64,000 nt of DNA from Diplonema japonicum (lineage: Eukaryota > Protista > Euglenozoa: Diplonemea). The notes below the pieces were generated by a model. It did not search any database, was not told where the DNA came from, and saw only the letters and a list, made by a program, of their open reading frames with translations. The translations under genes and the position numbers were made by a program. The number at the start of each line of letters is the position of its first letter. Position 1 is the first letter of the stretch. This document shows positions 38,601-48,511 of this stretch, in pieces. Location: NCBI GenBank assembly GCA_964019335.1, contig OZ025758.1, positions 145,183 through 209,182 of the forward strand, read 5' to 3'.

Positions 38601-38792
38601 GTCGGTATCGAAGTCACGGTCCTTCTTGTCATCAGTCTTGACATCACGGTCCTTCTTGTCGTCAGTCTTGACATCACGGTCCTTCTTGTCATCAGTCTTG
38701 ACATCACGGTCCTTAGTTGTAGCTGATGCGTCCTGTGCACCTGCCAGGAGCACAACAGCCCCCAAAGCAAGAAGCATCCTGAAGCTTAACAT
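35682..38792 (-). CDS. Membrane-anchored protein with ~82 tandem charged repeats (DRDVKTDDKK / DRDFD(T/A)DKK)
   Basis: Signal peptide, repeat array, ~170-aa unique domain, TM WLYGLLGGVGALCMGSAIALTVY and short tail. Confidence 0.9.
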   Translation of the reverse strand: MLSFRMLLALGAVVLLAGAQDASATTKDRDVKTDDKKDRDVKTDDKKDRDVKTDDKKDRDFDTDKKDRDFDTDKKDRDFDTDKKDRDFDADKKDRDVKAKKDRDFDTDKKDRDVKTDDKKDRDFDTDKKNRDFDADKKDRDVKTDDKKDRDVKTDDKKDRDFDTDKKDRDFDTDKKDRDFDTDEKDRDVKTDDKKDRDFDADKKDRDVKTDDKKDRDVKTDDKKDRDVKTDDKKDRDVKTDDKKDRDFDTDKKDRDLDTDEKDRDFDADKKDRDFDADKKDRNVKTDDKKDRDFDADKKDRDVKTDDKKDRDVKTDDKKDRDVKTDDKKDRDVKTDDKKDRDFDTDKKDRDFDADKKDRDVKADDKKDRDFDADKKDRDVKTDDKKDRDFDTDEKDRDVKTDDKKDRDFDADKKDRDVKAKKDRDFDTDKKDRDVKTDDKKDRDFDTDKKNRDFDADKKDRDVKTDDKKDRDVKTDDKKDRDFDTDKKDRDFDADKKDRDVKTDDKKDRDFDTDKKDRDLDTDEKDRDFDADKKDRDFDADKKDRNVKTDDKKDRDFDADKKDRDVKTDDKKDRDFDTDKKDRDVKADDKKDRDVKADDKKDRDFDTDKKDRDFDADKKDRDVKTDDKKDRDFDTDKKNRDFDADKKDRDVKTDDKKDRDFDTDKKDRDVKTDDKKDRDFDTDKKNRDFDADKKDRDVKTDDKKDRDFDTDKKDRDFDADKKDRDVKTDDKKDRDFDTDKKNRDFDADKKDRDVKTDDKKDRDFDADKKNRDFDTDKKDRDFDADKKDRDVSTERKESTSPVVSSNYRLKLKGDAAEVMQKPKEFLSKFRMSMLKASKKLGDEPASLVVTEMGVLVDGERMPTEEEKKQWTVKVDRKWNMEHLVEEKDRMGRYTRKSGLQQAAAQDGVFVEYKIEGSKAEEIEAEVNGAVEEAAQGKGPLTDNADGQSLVVKPVAEGNTALTNSSPPSDASSSSSQTWLYGLLGGVGALCMGSAIALTVYTKRRQPTSGMQQLLEDVEQPLAPTKDSTPDVECGNI
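36418..38713. repeat. Coding tandem array of mixed 27- and 30-bp units (rare 24-bp) with higher-order duplications
   Basis: The core tcacggtccttcttgtc recurs throughout; the marker variant tctaagtcac recurs 789 bp apart. Confidence 0.97.
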
Positions 38793-40433
38793 TTGAAGAT
38801 GACGCGGTGGTTCTTCTTTTTTATTATCCCCTCCTTTTTTTTCTTTGTGTATTAGACCTGTTTATGTGTGTTTCAAGCAGGAGCAGTAACGAGAGGAAAG
38901 AAAAAGAGAAGAAGAATGACTTTGGTTGCTTCATAAACCGCCTGGCGTACGAGCAACTTCTTAACCGTGCTAGCGGATGTTGCACCCTTCTGTGCTGAAG
39001 GATGCATGGCTGCGGGAAGAAAAAAGAAGCTGCGCCTTACTGACTGGGATCTTACACGTGTCTGTCACCATTCCGAGGTTGCATCTCTGGTGCTGAGCTG
39101 TGCTGAGAACATCAAATAAAGAGCTGTTCGAGTAGACGAGAATAACTAACTGTCGCAGAGTGAAAGTCATGCGATGAATTGATGATTTTTTTAAAGATCA
39201 TCATGAGAAAGTTTGTCTTTCAAGAAAGGCTTCAAACCGAGAAATTCAGAATGGCCGAGGCCACGTGGTGAACTGCATCAATGTGACCCATGTGCGTTCA
39301 GACATTTATCTTCCGGTGATCTTTGTTTTACAGTTTTTTTTTTTTTTTTTTTTTTTTTTTTGTTTTTAATTAAATTCCGAAGAGGAAAAGGGGACCTGTG
39401 GAGGAATCTTCAGGGTACCTTGTGGAGATATCAGACGAGAGCCCGCAGTTGAGGGCCGCGTAAGGGACGCATTGGTCCATGCGGTATCCGAAGGCCACGT
39501 GGAAGCTGCCAGGGGCCGTCATGTGGGGCATGATGACCCAGCTGAAGGTACCTCATATGCGAAAGTGGATGTCGGAGAAGGCCAAGGCTCTGCAGGCGGG
39601 AACAGCGACCTGGAGCTCGAAGGCTGCGATAAGTCCACGATGACGAGTCGTAGAAACTATCTCGTTGTTCCTTTGGAAGTCCCGCTTTTCGGAGCGGGTG
39701 GATCTGTCTGGGTTTTGTTAGTCACGTCTCTGAAAAGCATGCTATTTTTACGCATTCAACTCTTAAATTAAAACATCTGAGGGGGTTCTCGGAATGTAGC
39801 GAGAAACGCCATTTCGAGGTCACGTGCACGATACTTGAGCAGTCCCGGTATGCGCATTCTAGCTAAGGAAAAAAAAAAAAAAGAAAATAATAGGGTTGTT
39901 AAGAAAATGTTGGTTTCTTCAACGGTTCGATTCAAAAAGAAAGGTGCTAGACCTTTATAAAAATTACGTTATCACTTAGTGATCCATGTCCACGGTCATC
40001 TTTAGTAAAAGGCGAAAGATGAGTTCGTTATGAACAAGAATCGTGAGATGCCTTCTCAAGACAAAAACAAACCTCCTTTTACAAAGTATGGTACAACGAA
40101 AAGGGGTACGAAAGCTTCCAGGTTAATGGGAAAAACCAAAGCAATGGAACCCGAACCCACGTACATCGGGGTAACTGAGCAAAATAAAAAGCGAAAATTA
40201 AAAATGAGTGAAGAAAAGAAAAGAATACAAAAGAATAAAAGAGACTCCTCAAGAGGAGCCTCCCACGTACCAGGAATTAAGCAGAGGTTGCTTCCATGGC
40301 CCGTATCAGTCTATCGCCGGAAAGAATAATGAAAATAACAGAACGAAGCGAGAAAGGAAAAGAGAAAAGACGGTAGAGGTCCTAGAGGTCTGTGAAACCT
40401 TGCATAGCCTATCGCCCTCGTAGCACGCCTATA

Positions 40434-40604
40434 TGCGGAAAATCACCCCTTTCTTTGCGGAAAATCACCCCTTTCTTTGTGGAAAATCACCCCTTTCTTT
40501 GCGGAAAATCACCCCTTTCTTTGTGGAAAATCACCCCTTATTTGCGGAAAATCACCCCTATGTTTGCGGAAAATCACCCCTATGTTTGCGGAAAATCACC
40601 CCTT
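40434..40604. repeat. Minisatellite, 8 x ~22 bp (tgcggaaaatcacccctttctt)
   Basis: ggaaaatcacccc occurs eight times at 21-22-bp spacing. Confidence 0.95.
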
Positions 40605-41503
40605 TAAATGCGAAGATGACCACGCCCTGCCGACCCTGCAGAGGCTTCCCCAAGCCCTGTACCCCCACACACCCCCGAAGAATTCCAAAGCCCTGGGAAA
40701 AGCTTTAAAAAATGGATTCTTTGGGTTCTCGGCCTTGCAGGTGGCGCTGCGAGTCCGGATAAAAGACCCCCAACCCAAAATAACGTAGGATCAGGGGGGT
40801 TTGCTACAGGCTTCGATTGCGCGAGGTCCTCCAGATGTGGGGGGCCTTGGCCCCATGTCTGGCGTAATGTGCATGCCACCTTTCGTTCTATTGAACCATG
40901 TTAGCCAGCTCCCCCATACCCCCTTCTTCCAGTTCGTATTTAGGATCTATAGCTGCATAGTCGATGTCCTCGATGCCATTCTGCCAGTGCTAGCAGAATC
41001 TGGCTTTTGGATTTTGGCACATGTTAAAATGCAACACGACTTTAAAACCTATCGAAAGATGGATTACTGATACGGATGTCCCATCCTCTGACCAGCAGCT
41101 CACTGCTGTACAACTTGCTGAAATCACAAATACTGCACCCTCGCACTCTCTTAAAGTTCCCCCACCTCTTCTCCTGCAAAGCCGCACACTTCTTGTAACC
41201 TTGAACCTTCTTGGCATGATTGCTTCCTTAAAACGGTCATTGCATGGTTGTACCCATTAAAGACTAGTTTTCATTTGTAAGTAGTGTAGTGTTCCCTCTC
41301 AATGTTGCTGTTTCTTTTTTTTTTTGTTTTAAACAATAGATGGAATCCCAATAACGTCAGGATCAGCTACCTTGGAACGTCCACATACTTCCGCTATTCT
41401 ATTCCATTTTGGAGGAGATGTACTCTTATTATTTCCTCCGGCGACGACGGACGCAGCGGCAAACCCAAGTAGAGGTGGCAGGCACCAGCAGAACACGAAC
41501 GAC

Positions 41504-41542
41504 CAATAAAGTACAGAAACTGTAGCTTTAGAATCATTGGTC
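41504..41542 (-). other. Full-length 39-nt spliced-leader sequence (isolated genomic copy)
   Basis: GACCAATGATTCTAAAGCTACAGTTTCTGTACTTTATTG. The 3' half CAGTTTCTGTACTTTATTG is the conserved kinetoplastid/diplonemid SL end, and the length is exactly 39 nt. Confidence 0.9.
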
Positions 41543-42006
41543 TTTACTTTTTTCTTTTTCTTTTTTTTTTTTTTTTTAAAGCCCGACCACTCTCGTAACC
41601 TCTCGTAACAGTCTGAGAAGGACTCTCTTCGCGCCTCATCCACACCTGGGAACACCACATCCAACGATCTTTGGCTGGGTTGCAGGTATTTTAAAAAGGA
41701 CTAGTTTTTGTGATATAATGATGGAAAAAAAAAAAAAGAGTAAGAAGAAAGAAATGTGGGGGTGAGAAAATGTTTGTTGATGTTGAGCATTTATGAAACT
41801 AACTTGGGGTACTACGCAGAGATTTAGGAAACCTTGGGAACCGGATCAGAAACTCTTTCCTCCTTAAAGATAGACCTTGAACATTGCTCAACTTAACTAA
41901 GGGGGTGGATTTTGAGCATTTCTTTGGTCCCCCCCCCCCCTTTTTTTCCCACAAGGAAGGGATCTACAACCACCCCTCGCAATTCCGTTCGCTTCCGCTC
42001 CTGCAG

Positions 42007-42208
42007 TATTTGGCATGTTAAAATTTCCCTCAGGAAGCCTCTCCAGGGCCTGCAGAGCGTGTAGCCCCCCGAAAGTCTCTGTCCAGTGACGTGTGGGTAT
42101 CTCTCAGTTTCGGGTTCTTGCAACTCCTCCAGGTGTTGTCCTCATCAGGCAAGAGGCACCCTTCAAGGGCTCCTACTAGCGTCTTAGCAGGCCGGAGAGT
42201 ACCGTTCC

Positions 42209-42250
<42 letters not shown>

Positions 42251-43045
42251 GTCTCGATTTTAGTGGTGCCATGCAGTATGTGACACAGCGGCCACCCTTG
42301 TGAAACTTCGCCCCGAAGCCTCCCAAGTCCCCTGTGGTCCCGTAGAAAGTAAAAGTGGAGAGGTAAAGAAAGCTTGGAAATTGAAATAGGGAGAGGGGCC
42401 ACAGAAGCAATTAAACACCAACTGGAGAGTTGTGGGAGGCTTGCTTCACTGGCACGATGCCGCGGGGAGGCTACTTGCCTGGTGAAGCCACCTCCTTGTT
42501 CGATGTAATGGGATAAGGGACTCTCCGTTGAGGGCGATGCTAACTGGCGCCACGCGTAGGGTGGGCTCTCCACCCCCGTCCAGGTTTCCCCACGTGTACG
42601 GCTTTAGAACGAGAGTTTCCCTTTCGCTTGTGCTTCTCCAAACCACAATTACCAGGAACCACCACAGGGAGGTTGGAAACATTGGTCCCCAAAAAAAAAA
42701 TCTATGGACAATTTCGACTGCTGCCTTCGACCATTCTCAAAAAGCAGGCCACACCCCCTCGACATGGAACGACCCACCCTGGTATAAACACGCACCCTCC
42801 TCTTGTACATATTATTTATTATTTACCCCCTTTTCTATTACATCCAAATACAACATTCACGGGCACGGGTTTGCAAGAGGCTTCTCCAGGGCCTGCAGCT
42901 ATAGGGGGATTTTTAACATAGTGCCAAATAGTGCCAAAATCATGTTCAAGCCCATTTTTTTTTTTTTTTTCTTTTCCTAAGGGAACTTTTAACACGGCAA
43001 AATCTTGCACGCTCTGCAGGCCCTCTGCAGGCCCTGGAGAGGGCT
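42007..43045. mobile_element. Putative non-autonomous element with modular inverted repeats
   Basis: agcctctccagggcctgcagagcgtg (42036-42061) is inverted at 43008-43045; tatttggcatgttaaaatttccct (42007-42030) is inverted at ~42903-42930 and ~42980-43003. Confidence 0.55.
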
Positions 43046-43397
43046 ACGCCGTGTATCTCTTGGGAGTAGTTGTACTTCTTCTGCTGTGGCATCACGGGCG
43101 ATTTGTCTTGCTCAAGGTCGATTTTTGTATTGTCACCTCACTCCACGGTGTGTAAGAACCACCTCTTCGTTGCATTATTCGTATTGCAGCTGCTGTATTT
43201 CCCAGCACCCCGTTTACCAAACAAAGAAGAAGCAGTAGGACCCGCATTGTGATGATTGTGTAGTTGTATTTTTTGCGAAAGCCTGTGTGACACGTGTGAA
43301 CCGTCAGACAACTTGACAAAAAAAAAAAAAGAAAAAATAGGAGATGACTACTTTTTTTTTTTCTTCTTCTTCTTCTTCCCCCCCCCCCCCCCTCCCC

Positions 43398-44669
43398 TCA
43401 CACTATTGAGGGCTCTCTTGAGAAATCTACCCAGTTTTTCCGCACGCGGGATGTGGTCATCGGTTTGTCGAAAACGAAAATGGCGGTGTCGAGGACGCTG
43501 AGGGGAGCCTTCGCAGGGCCTTTGGAGAGGTAAGGGCATCTGACGATACGGGTGAGTTTTAACTCGGAACCGCTGTACCTGTTCAGAATATACCCGGAAA
43601 ACCATGCCACGGAGTGTTCGAAGGCACAGGGCTGGGTGGTGTGAGGCGGCCATAGAAGTTCTTGAGCGGCACCGAGACGATGCTGGGCCTGTCGGAGGGG
43701 GAGAGGAAGCCCTACAACAAGCCGGCCTCCTGGAGCAACAGCTTGTATTGCTTCGTCGAGGAGTTTAGTTATGGAAGCGCATCTGTCGAGCACGTTTAGG
43801 CACAATACCAAATCGAAGTTTTCGTTCCCCCCGATCCACTGCGGTGCTGCTGTGTCTGATAGATACGCCTGGCAATTTTCCACGTTCTTCTTTAAATCCT
43901 TCACCAGCTTCTCCGCAACTTCCGTTGCAACCACCTCTTTGAAAAAACCGGCCCATACTTTTGTAACGCTCCCCGAACCCGCTCCGATGTCGAGCATTCT
44001 CTCCCGTTTCGCTGGGGGGAAATCCTGCAGCAGATCCTCCACATGTTCCCTCGAGGTAAGGAAAACCTCACCGTTCCCTGTCCAGGCTGCAGCTACATAT
44101 CTGTACACACCAAAGTCCACCATGGTAGTGTAAAGCCAATGCTTCCAAGGGGAAACTGGTGAATAAATCGCAGATCGTACAAAAGCGATCGTTTCTACAT
44201 CCAAGCGTAGGGGGTTGTTGAATAATTCTGTCTGCGCCGTGCAGGTTTCACAGAATTCTTCTGTGAGGGTGTACAAAGGTTCGTAGGTGGTGTCGATGAT
44301 GTACCTAAGGGTCACCTCAGCTTGGAAGACATCTAGCGCATGGTACAAAGATGGCCATGGAACCCCATATTTTACTTGTACATCGGGTAGAGTTGCCTCC
44401 TTTACTTTGAGGTGTTTGGGGGGCCATGTGACCTCTACCCAGTCTATGCGGCCGCCGTCCCCGGTTACATAGGTGTGGCATTCTTTTTTGCCGTCCGCGG
44501 TGCGGGTTTTAAACATCTTCATTTTTTGAAGCTCGCCCTCCGGTTTTTTTTGGTTCAGGTCACGCTGGGTTGCGTCTTCGTACGAATCCTTGTGGGGCAG
44601 CTTCTTAGATTTACCCCTGTGCGGCCTCACAGGGAACACAAGGGACTGCAGGAGAGTTGAGCGTCGCAT
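43398..44669 (-). CDS. Class I SAM-dependent methyltransferase, METTL9/DREV-like
   Basis: MLDIGAGSG, VVATEV, LCLNVLDRC and RCPYLSKG motifs. Confidence 0.75.
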   Translation of the reverse strand: MRRSTLLQSLVFPVRPHRGKSKKLPHKDSYEDATQRDLNQKKPEGELQKMKMFKTRTADGKKECHTYVTGDGGRIDWVEVTWPPKHLKVKEATLPDVQVKYGVPWPSLYHALDVFQAEVTLRYIIDTTYEPLYTLTEEFCETCTAQTELFNNPLRLDVETIAFVRSAIYSPVSPWKHWLYTTMVDFGVYRYVAAAWTGNGEVFLTSREHVEDLLQDFPPAKRERMLDIGAGSGSVTKVWAGFFKEVVATEVAEKLVKDLKKNVENCQAYLSDTAAPQWIGGNENFDLVLCLNVLDRCASITKLLDEAIQAVAPGGRLVVGLPLPLRQAQHRLGAAQELLWPPHTTQPCAFEHSVAWFSGYILNRYSGSELKLTRIVRCPYLSKGPAKAPLSVLDTAIFVFDKPMTTSRVRKNWVDFSREPSIV

Positions 44670-45217
44670 TTTTTTTTTCTCCCCCTCCTCCTCCTCCTCG
44701 CTCCTTTTTTTTTTGCCGTGTTTTTGTTGTAAAATAAAGCAAAAAAAAAAAATTCGGAATGGTTATAAAAAAAAAAAATCTTTTTTTTTTCAGAAGATAG
44801 GGGAGCGAATATAATAATAAAAAAAAAATAATAATAATAAAAACAAGAAAATTTGTTGCCTGTCACCCCCCCCCATTTTTTTTTAACATGAGTATCTTTA
44901 AGGCCCGAAACAAAATCGCCACTACGACAACACAAAAAAAAAATATGAGGGGGCAGAGAACCGTGATTTCTCTCTCTCTCTTTCCCCCTTTCTACGGGGT
45001 ATTCATGTTCCTTGCATTATTTATTTGATGCTTCAAGGCCGGTACCGATCCCACATCGTGTAAGGGTAGTCACCTTTCGGATTTTTTTAAATTTTTTTTT
45101 TTTGGGAACAGAAGGGGCCGACGGCATCTTGGGACGGGGGTTATTGAATACCATGTCTAATATCCCCCTTCCAACACCTCCTTTTGTCATCAACAGAAAA
45201 AAAAAGAGAGAAAAAAA

Positions 45218-45265
<48 letters not shown>

Positions 45266-45579
45266 CAACTCCAATCCTTTAAGATGACACAGGTCAAACA
45301 CCTTGTATCTCAAGGAGCGGTGCGCTACACACCTATATATAAAAAAAAATAAAAATAAAAAAGTAGTGGGGCCGACGGCCTTCCTGAGCAGCCTATTGAC
45401 AACATATCTGCAGATACAAGGCTTCTCAAAGGTGGGGGGAAGGTGGGTGGGGGGCCGACGTCCTTCTGCGCGTAGTTATTTTTCCAAGTAATAATGAAGA
45501 GGGAGACAAAAAAAAAAAAAAATATGGGCAAAAACCATCAGGCCTTGCTCTCAAGAATCGATTTTTTTTTTTTTTTTTT

Positions 45580-46881
45580 TTAGAATCTTGAAATATCCCT
45601 CCCGAACATCCAGGCCTTGAACCAGTACATTGGGATCAACACTTTGTTGATGAGCGACACCTGCTTGCCCCAGTAAGCGGTTCTCCACAACAAGAATGCA
45701 GACAACCCGGTAACGGATCCGTAATCTGTCGGAGACGTCGGACTTCCAATATGAGAAAAATCCGCCACCGCCCTCCAACCCCCCAACATGGCCATTGACC
45801 CAAGGGAAGAGTAGGTAAACGGTTTGAGGGTGGACGAAGGAGACGGACCGGTTTCTTCAGGACACTTGTTGAAGGCTTTTGCAAGGTATTTCGCCTGTTG
45901 CAACGCGCTCTGCGCGATCGGAGGAAGAGGCTGTGATTCGATAACGGCACAGTCGCCGATGGCGTAGATGTGCTCCTTCCCCATTGTCCGCAAGTAAGGA
46001 TCGGTTAAAATACGCCCGGTTGGACCCTTCGTGAAAAAATCTGAATTACCAACCAACTTAATCGGCTGCAACCCGGCCGACCACACCATCATCCCAAACT
46101 TTAAGAACGACCCGTCTGAGAGAATCGCCTTCGAACCGTCTTCTGCGACCTCCTTGACGGAAATACCTGTTTTTACGTCGATTTTTCGTTTTTTGAAACG
46201 ACGGCTGACGTATTCTGCAAGCTTTCCATCGAACGTTCCCAGTAGTTGCGGTCCGGCCTCGACCAGTGTCACGGTTGTGTAGTTCTTCAGATCAGGGTAC
46301 CATCGGGAGCAGTCTTCCGTGATAAAATCGTAGAGCTCACCGACGAACTCGCACGAGGTGGGACCACCCCCTACAACAACAAATGATAGAAGCCGTTTCT
46401 TCTCATTCTCTGACATATTCGGCATTGCCGCTCTCTCGAAACATTCAAGAGTTCGGTTTCTAATTTGTCTCGCGTGGTACAGGTGTTTCAAAAATAGAAC
46501 GGTCCGGCCTTCGCTCTCGCTTACCCCGGGTGTCTTGAAGGTGTTTGTTTTGGAACCACACGCCACAACGAGAAAATCGTACGGAACCTGGAAATTTGAC
46601 TCTTTGAAGATGTCCCTGCATTGAATAGAATTATCCTCAAAACCCACCGCCTTGGCTTGATAGTACTGAACATTCTTGATAGTGCGTACGGGTTCCTGAA
46701 TGGCGCGGAACTCCAGGGTGCCCACGGCGCAGCTCGGCAGCAGTGGAGTGAACAAGAAATGGTTTGCCGGACTGATGCATACCACCTCGTATTTCTTTGC
46801 ATCGATGTTCTTGAGAAAGTTAAACCCCGCCCAACCCGTCCCCAGCACGACAATACGCTTCTTGGCAACGTTGATCGCCAT
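45580..46881 (-). CDS. NDH2: Type II (alternative) NADH:quinone oxidoreductase
   Basis: VVLGTGWAG, FTPLLPS, VVGGGPTSCE, AIGDCA and C-terminal FGRDISRF. Confidence 0.95.
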   Translation of the reverse strand: MAINVAKKRIVVLGTGWAGFNFLKNIDAKKYEVVCISPANHFLFTPLLPSCAVGTLEFRAIQEPVRTIKNVQYYQAKAVGFEDNSIQCRDIFKESNFQVPYDFLVVACGSKTNTFKTPGVSESEGRTVLFLKHLYHARQIRNRTLECFERAAMPNMSENEKKRLLSFVVVGGGPTSCEFVGELYDFITEDCSRWYPDLKNYTTVTLVEAGPQLLGTFDGKLAEYVSRRFKKRKIDVKTGISVKEVAEDGSKAILSDGSFLKFGMMVWSAGLQPIKLVGNSDFFTKGPTGRILTDPYLRTMGKEHIYAIGDCAVIESQPLPPIAQSALQQAKYLAKAFNKCPEETGPSPSSTLKPFTYSSLGSMAMLGGWRAVADFSHIGSPTSPTDYGSVTGLSAFLLWRTAYWGKQVSLINKVLIPMYWFKAWMFGRDISRF

Positions 46882-46929
46882 TTTTTTTTTTTTTTTTTTC
46901 CCTAAAAAAAAAATTTTTTTTTTTGGAAG

Positions 46930-46965
<36 letters not shown>

Positions 46966-46966
46966 C

Positions 46967-47929
46967 TCACCTCCACATGCAAACTTTCTTGTCGTAAAAA
47001 CTGCATGTTACAGCGTAAGGATCCTCCGGTTTGTTGTGGACCCACTCGCACCCGTACACCATCGACTCGTGTTGGGTGAAATGTTTGACAATGTAGTTCT
47101 CTGGATCGCTGTCCGGCTTCGATATATCGATGACATACCCACCGCCTTGCATAGCTGCGACTAGGTAGTGGGAGGGGTTTACAGGAGACTGCTTTGTACG
47201 CCAGATTCCACCACCAAACGGGCCGAATGTGGCGAGGTCTCGCCGCGGGCGGGTAGGGGTCAAGATGTGAATATTTTCGTCGTAGCTCCCCACCACCAAG
47301 TCGGTTCCATTGGGGTGTGCTGCGATGCTGGTGCACCCCGCGTCAAATCTTCTCGAAACTATTGGGTTTTCAGGTGTTCTAACATCCCAGATTTTTAAAA
47401 GGCCGTCGTCAGAGCCAGTTGCTAAAATGTTTTCAGATATGAACGTGGTGACCCAGACTTCATGATCATGGCCTGTTTCCTCATGTATTATTTCCCCCGT
47501 ATCAGCATCAGCGTAATGAACAATTCCAAGCCTTGAGGAAAACGCAATTTTGTGATCTGTTTCAGGTTCCCATCCGACCGATAGGCAATAGTCGTTCTCT
47601 GTGTCTGACAACGAAGTGCTTCCTTTTTTTTCGTAGTTTTCATTGTAAAAATGCGCTTTACCGTCGCCCCCCGCCACCGCGAAGCCGTTAGAACCGTTTG
47701 TTTTCCACTTTAGATCGAACACACCTGGGCTGTCGACACCCTCCACCGCATACTCACCGTTTTCTTCTACATTCATTTTGTATATTGTTCCTGCTCTCTT
47801 GTCGGGCTTGCCGTCCTCTTGGATCAGCTCATAGGTTCCAATAGCAAGCTGAGAGGGGTTCTTCGGGTTCGCCTCGACCATGTCACAAGGGCGTGCCGGC
47901 CTCCATTCGTTGATTTTTTGTATCGACAT
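46967..47929 (-). CDS. DPH7: WD40 protein, DPH7/WDR85-like (diphthamide synthesis)
   Basis: GTYEL, GVFDLKW, HDHEVW, GSYDE, GGGIWR, HESMVYG and CSFYDK. Confidence 0.85.
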   Translation of the reverse strand: MSIQKINEWRPARPCDMVEANPKNPSQLAIGTYELIQEDGKPDKRAGTIYKMNVEENGEYAVEGVDSPGVFDLKWKTNGSNGFAVAGGDGKAHFYNENYEKKGSTSLSDTENDYCLSVGWEPETDHKIAFSSRLGIVHYADADTGEIIHEETGHDHEVWVTTFISENILATGSDDGLLKIWDVRTPENPIVSRRFDAGCTSIAAHPNGTDLVVGSYDENIHILTPTRPRRDLATFGPFGGGIWRTKQSPVNPSHYLVAAMQGGGYVIDISKPDSDPENYIVKHFTQHESMVYGCEWVHNKPEDPYAVTCSFYDKKVCMWR

Positions 47930-48229
47930 TTTTATTTTTTTTTTCCTTTTTTTTTTTTTTCGCTGGAGAACAAAAATTTTTTTTTGAATTTTTTTCCCCC
48001 CTGAATAATAAAAAAAAAAAAAGTTGGAACTATCACACGGGAGGGTGGAAAGAAAATATGAACATAGAAACGCCAGGGGTTTTTTTTTTTTTTTTTTTTT
48101 TTAAAGCTTCTTTTTTGTTACGATCAGCTGACCCTGGAGAAACTATGGGGACAAGTGGATGGATATAAAAAAAAAAAAAGAAGAAGAACTAAACGACACT
48201 TTTGGTTCACTCGTTTTTTCCCCCCCCCC

Positions 48230-48511
48230 TCAACTTTTCACCAATCTCTCGTTCATTTTTTTTGCCAAGCTGGGGGGCGCTACCTTCTTTTCAAAATAAT
48301 GCATGTCTTTCAACATCTTTGCAACCGTGTACCGCAGAGAGTGAACTTGGCTCTGTGGAATTTCAAAAGTTTTAATCTCACCATTACTCAACTCCAGGCG
48401 CATCAACACCACAGGAGTCAATACTTTTTGCATCACTGAAGTCGTAATTGTTACATCGATCCTCCACCTAGCCTGCACCAGCGATGGTATTTCAGTACCC
48501 AAAGACCCCAT
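48230..48511 (-). CDS. COMM-domain protein (COMMD5-like); ends uncertain
   Basis: WRIDVTITTS...PVVLMRLELSNG...FE...LRYTVA.MLKDM. Confidence 0.8.
   Translation of the reverse strand: MGSLGTEIPSLVQARWRIDVTITTSVMQKVLTPVVLMRLELSNGEIKTFEIPQSQVHSLRYTVAKMLKDMHYFEKKVAPPSLAKKMNERLVKS

Noticed and set aside
36397-38796. 799-aa plus-strand ORF and MTRRTV minus-frame ORFs
   Set aside because: Stop-free by-products of the repeat; only the D/K frame has a signal peptide and TM.
36418-40604. Regular 22-30-bp repeats as CRISPR arrays
   Set aside because: No unique spacers, no cas genes, eukaryotic context.
41060-41260. Cys-rich fragment resembling a piggyBac C-terminal domain
   Set aside because: Needs several assumed frameshifts; no transposase core.
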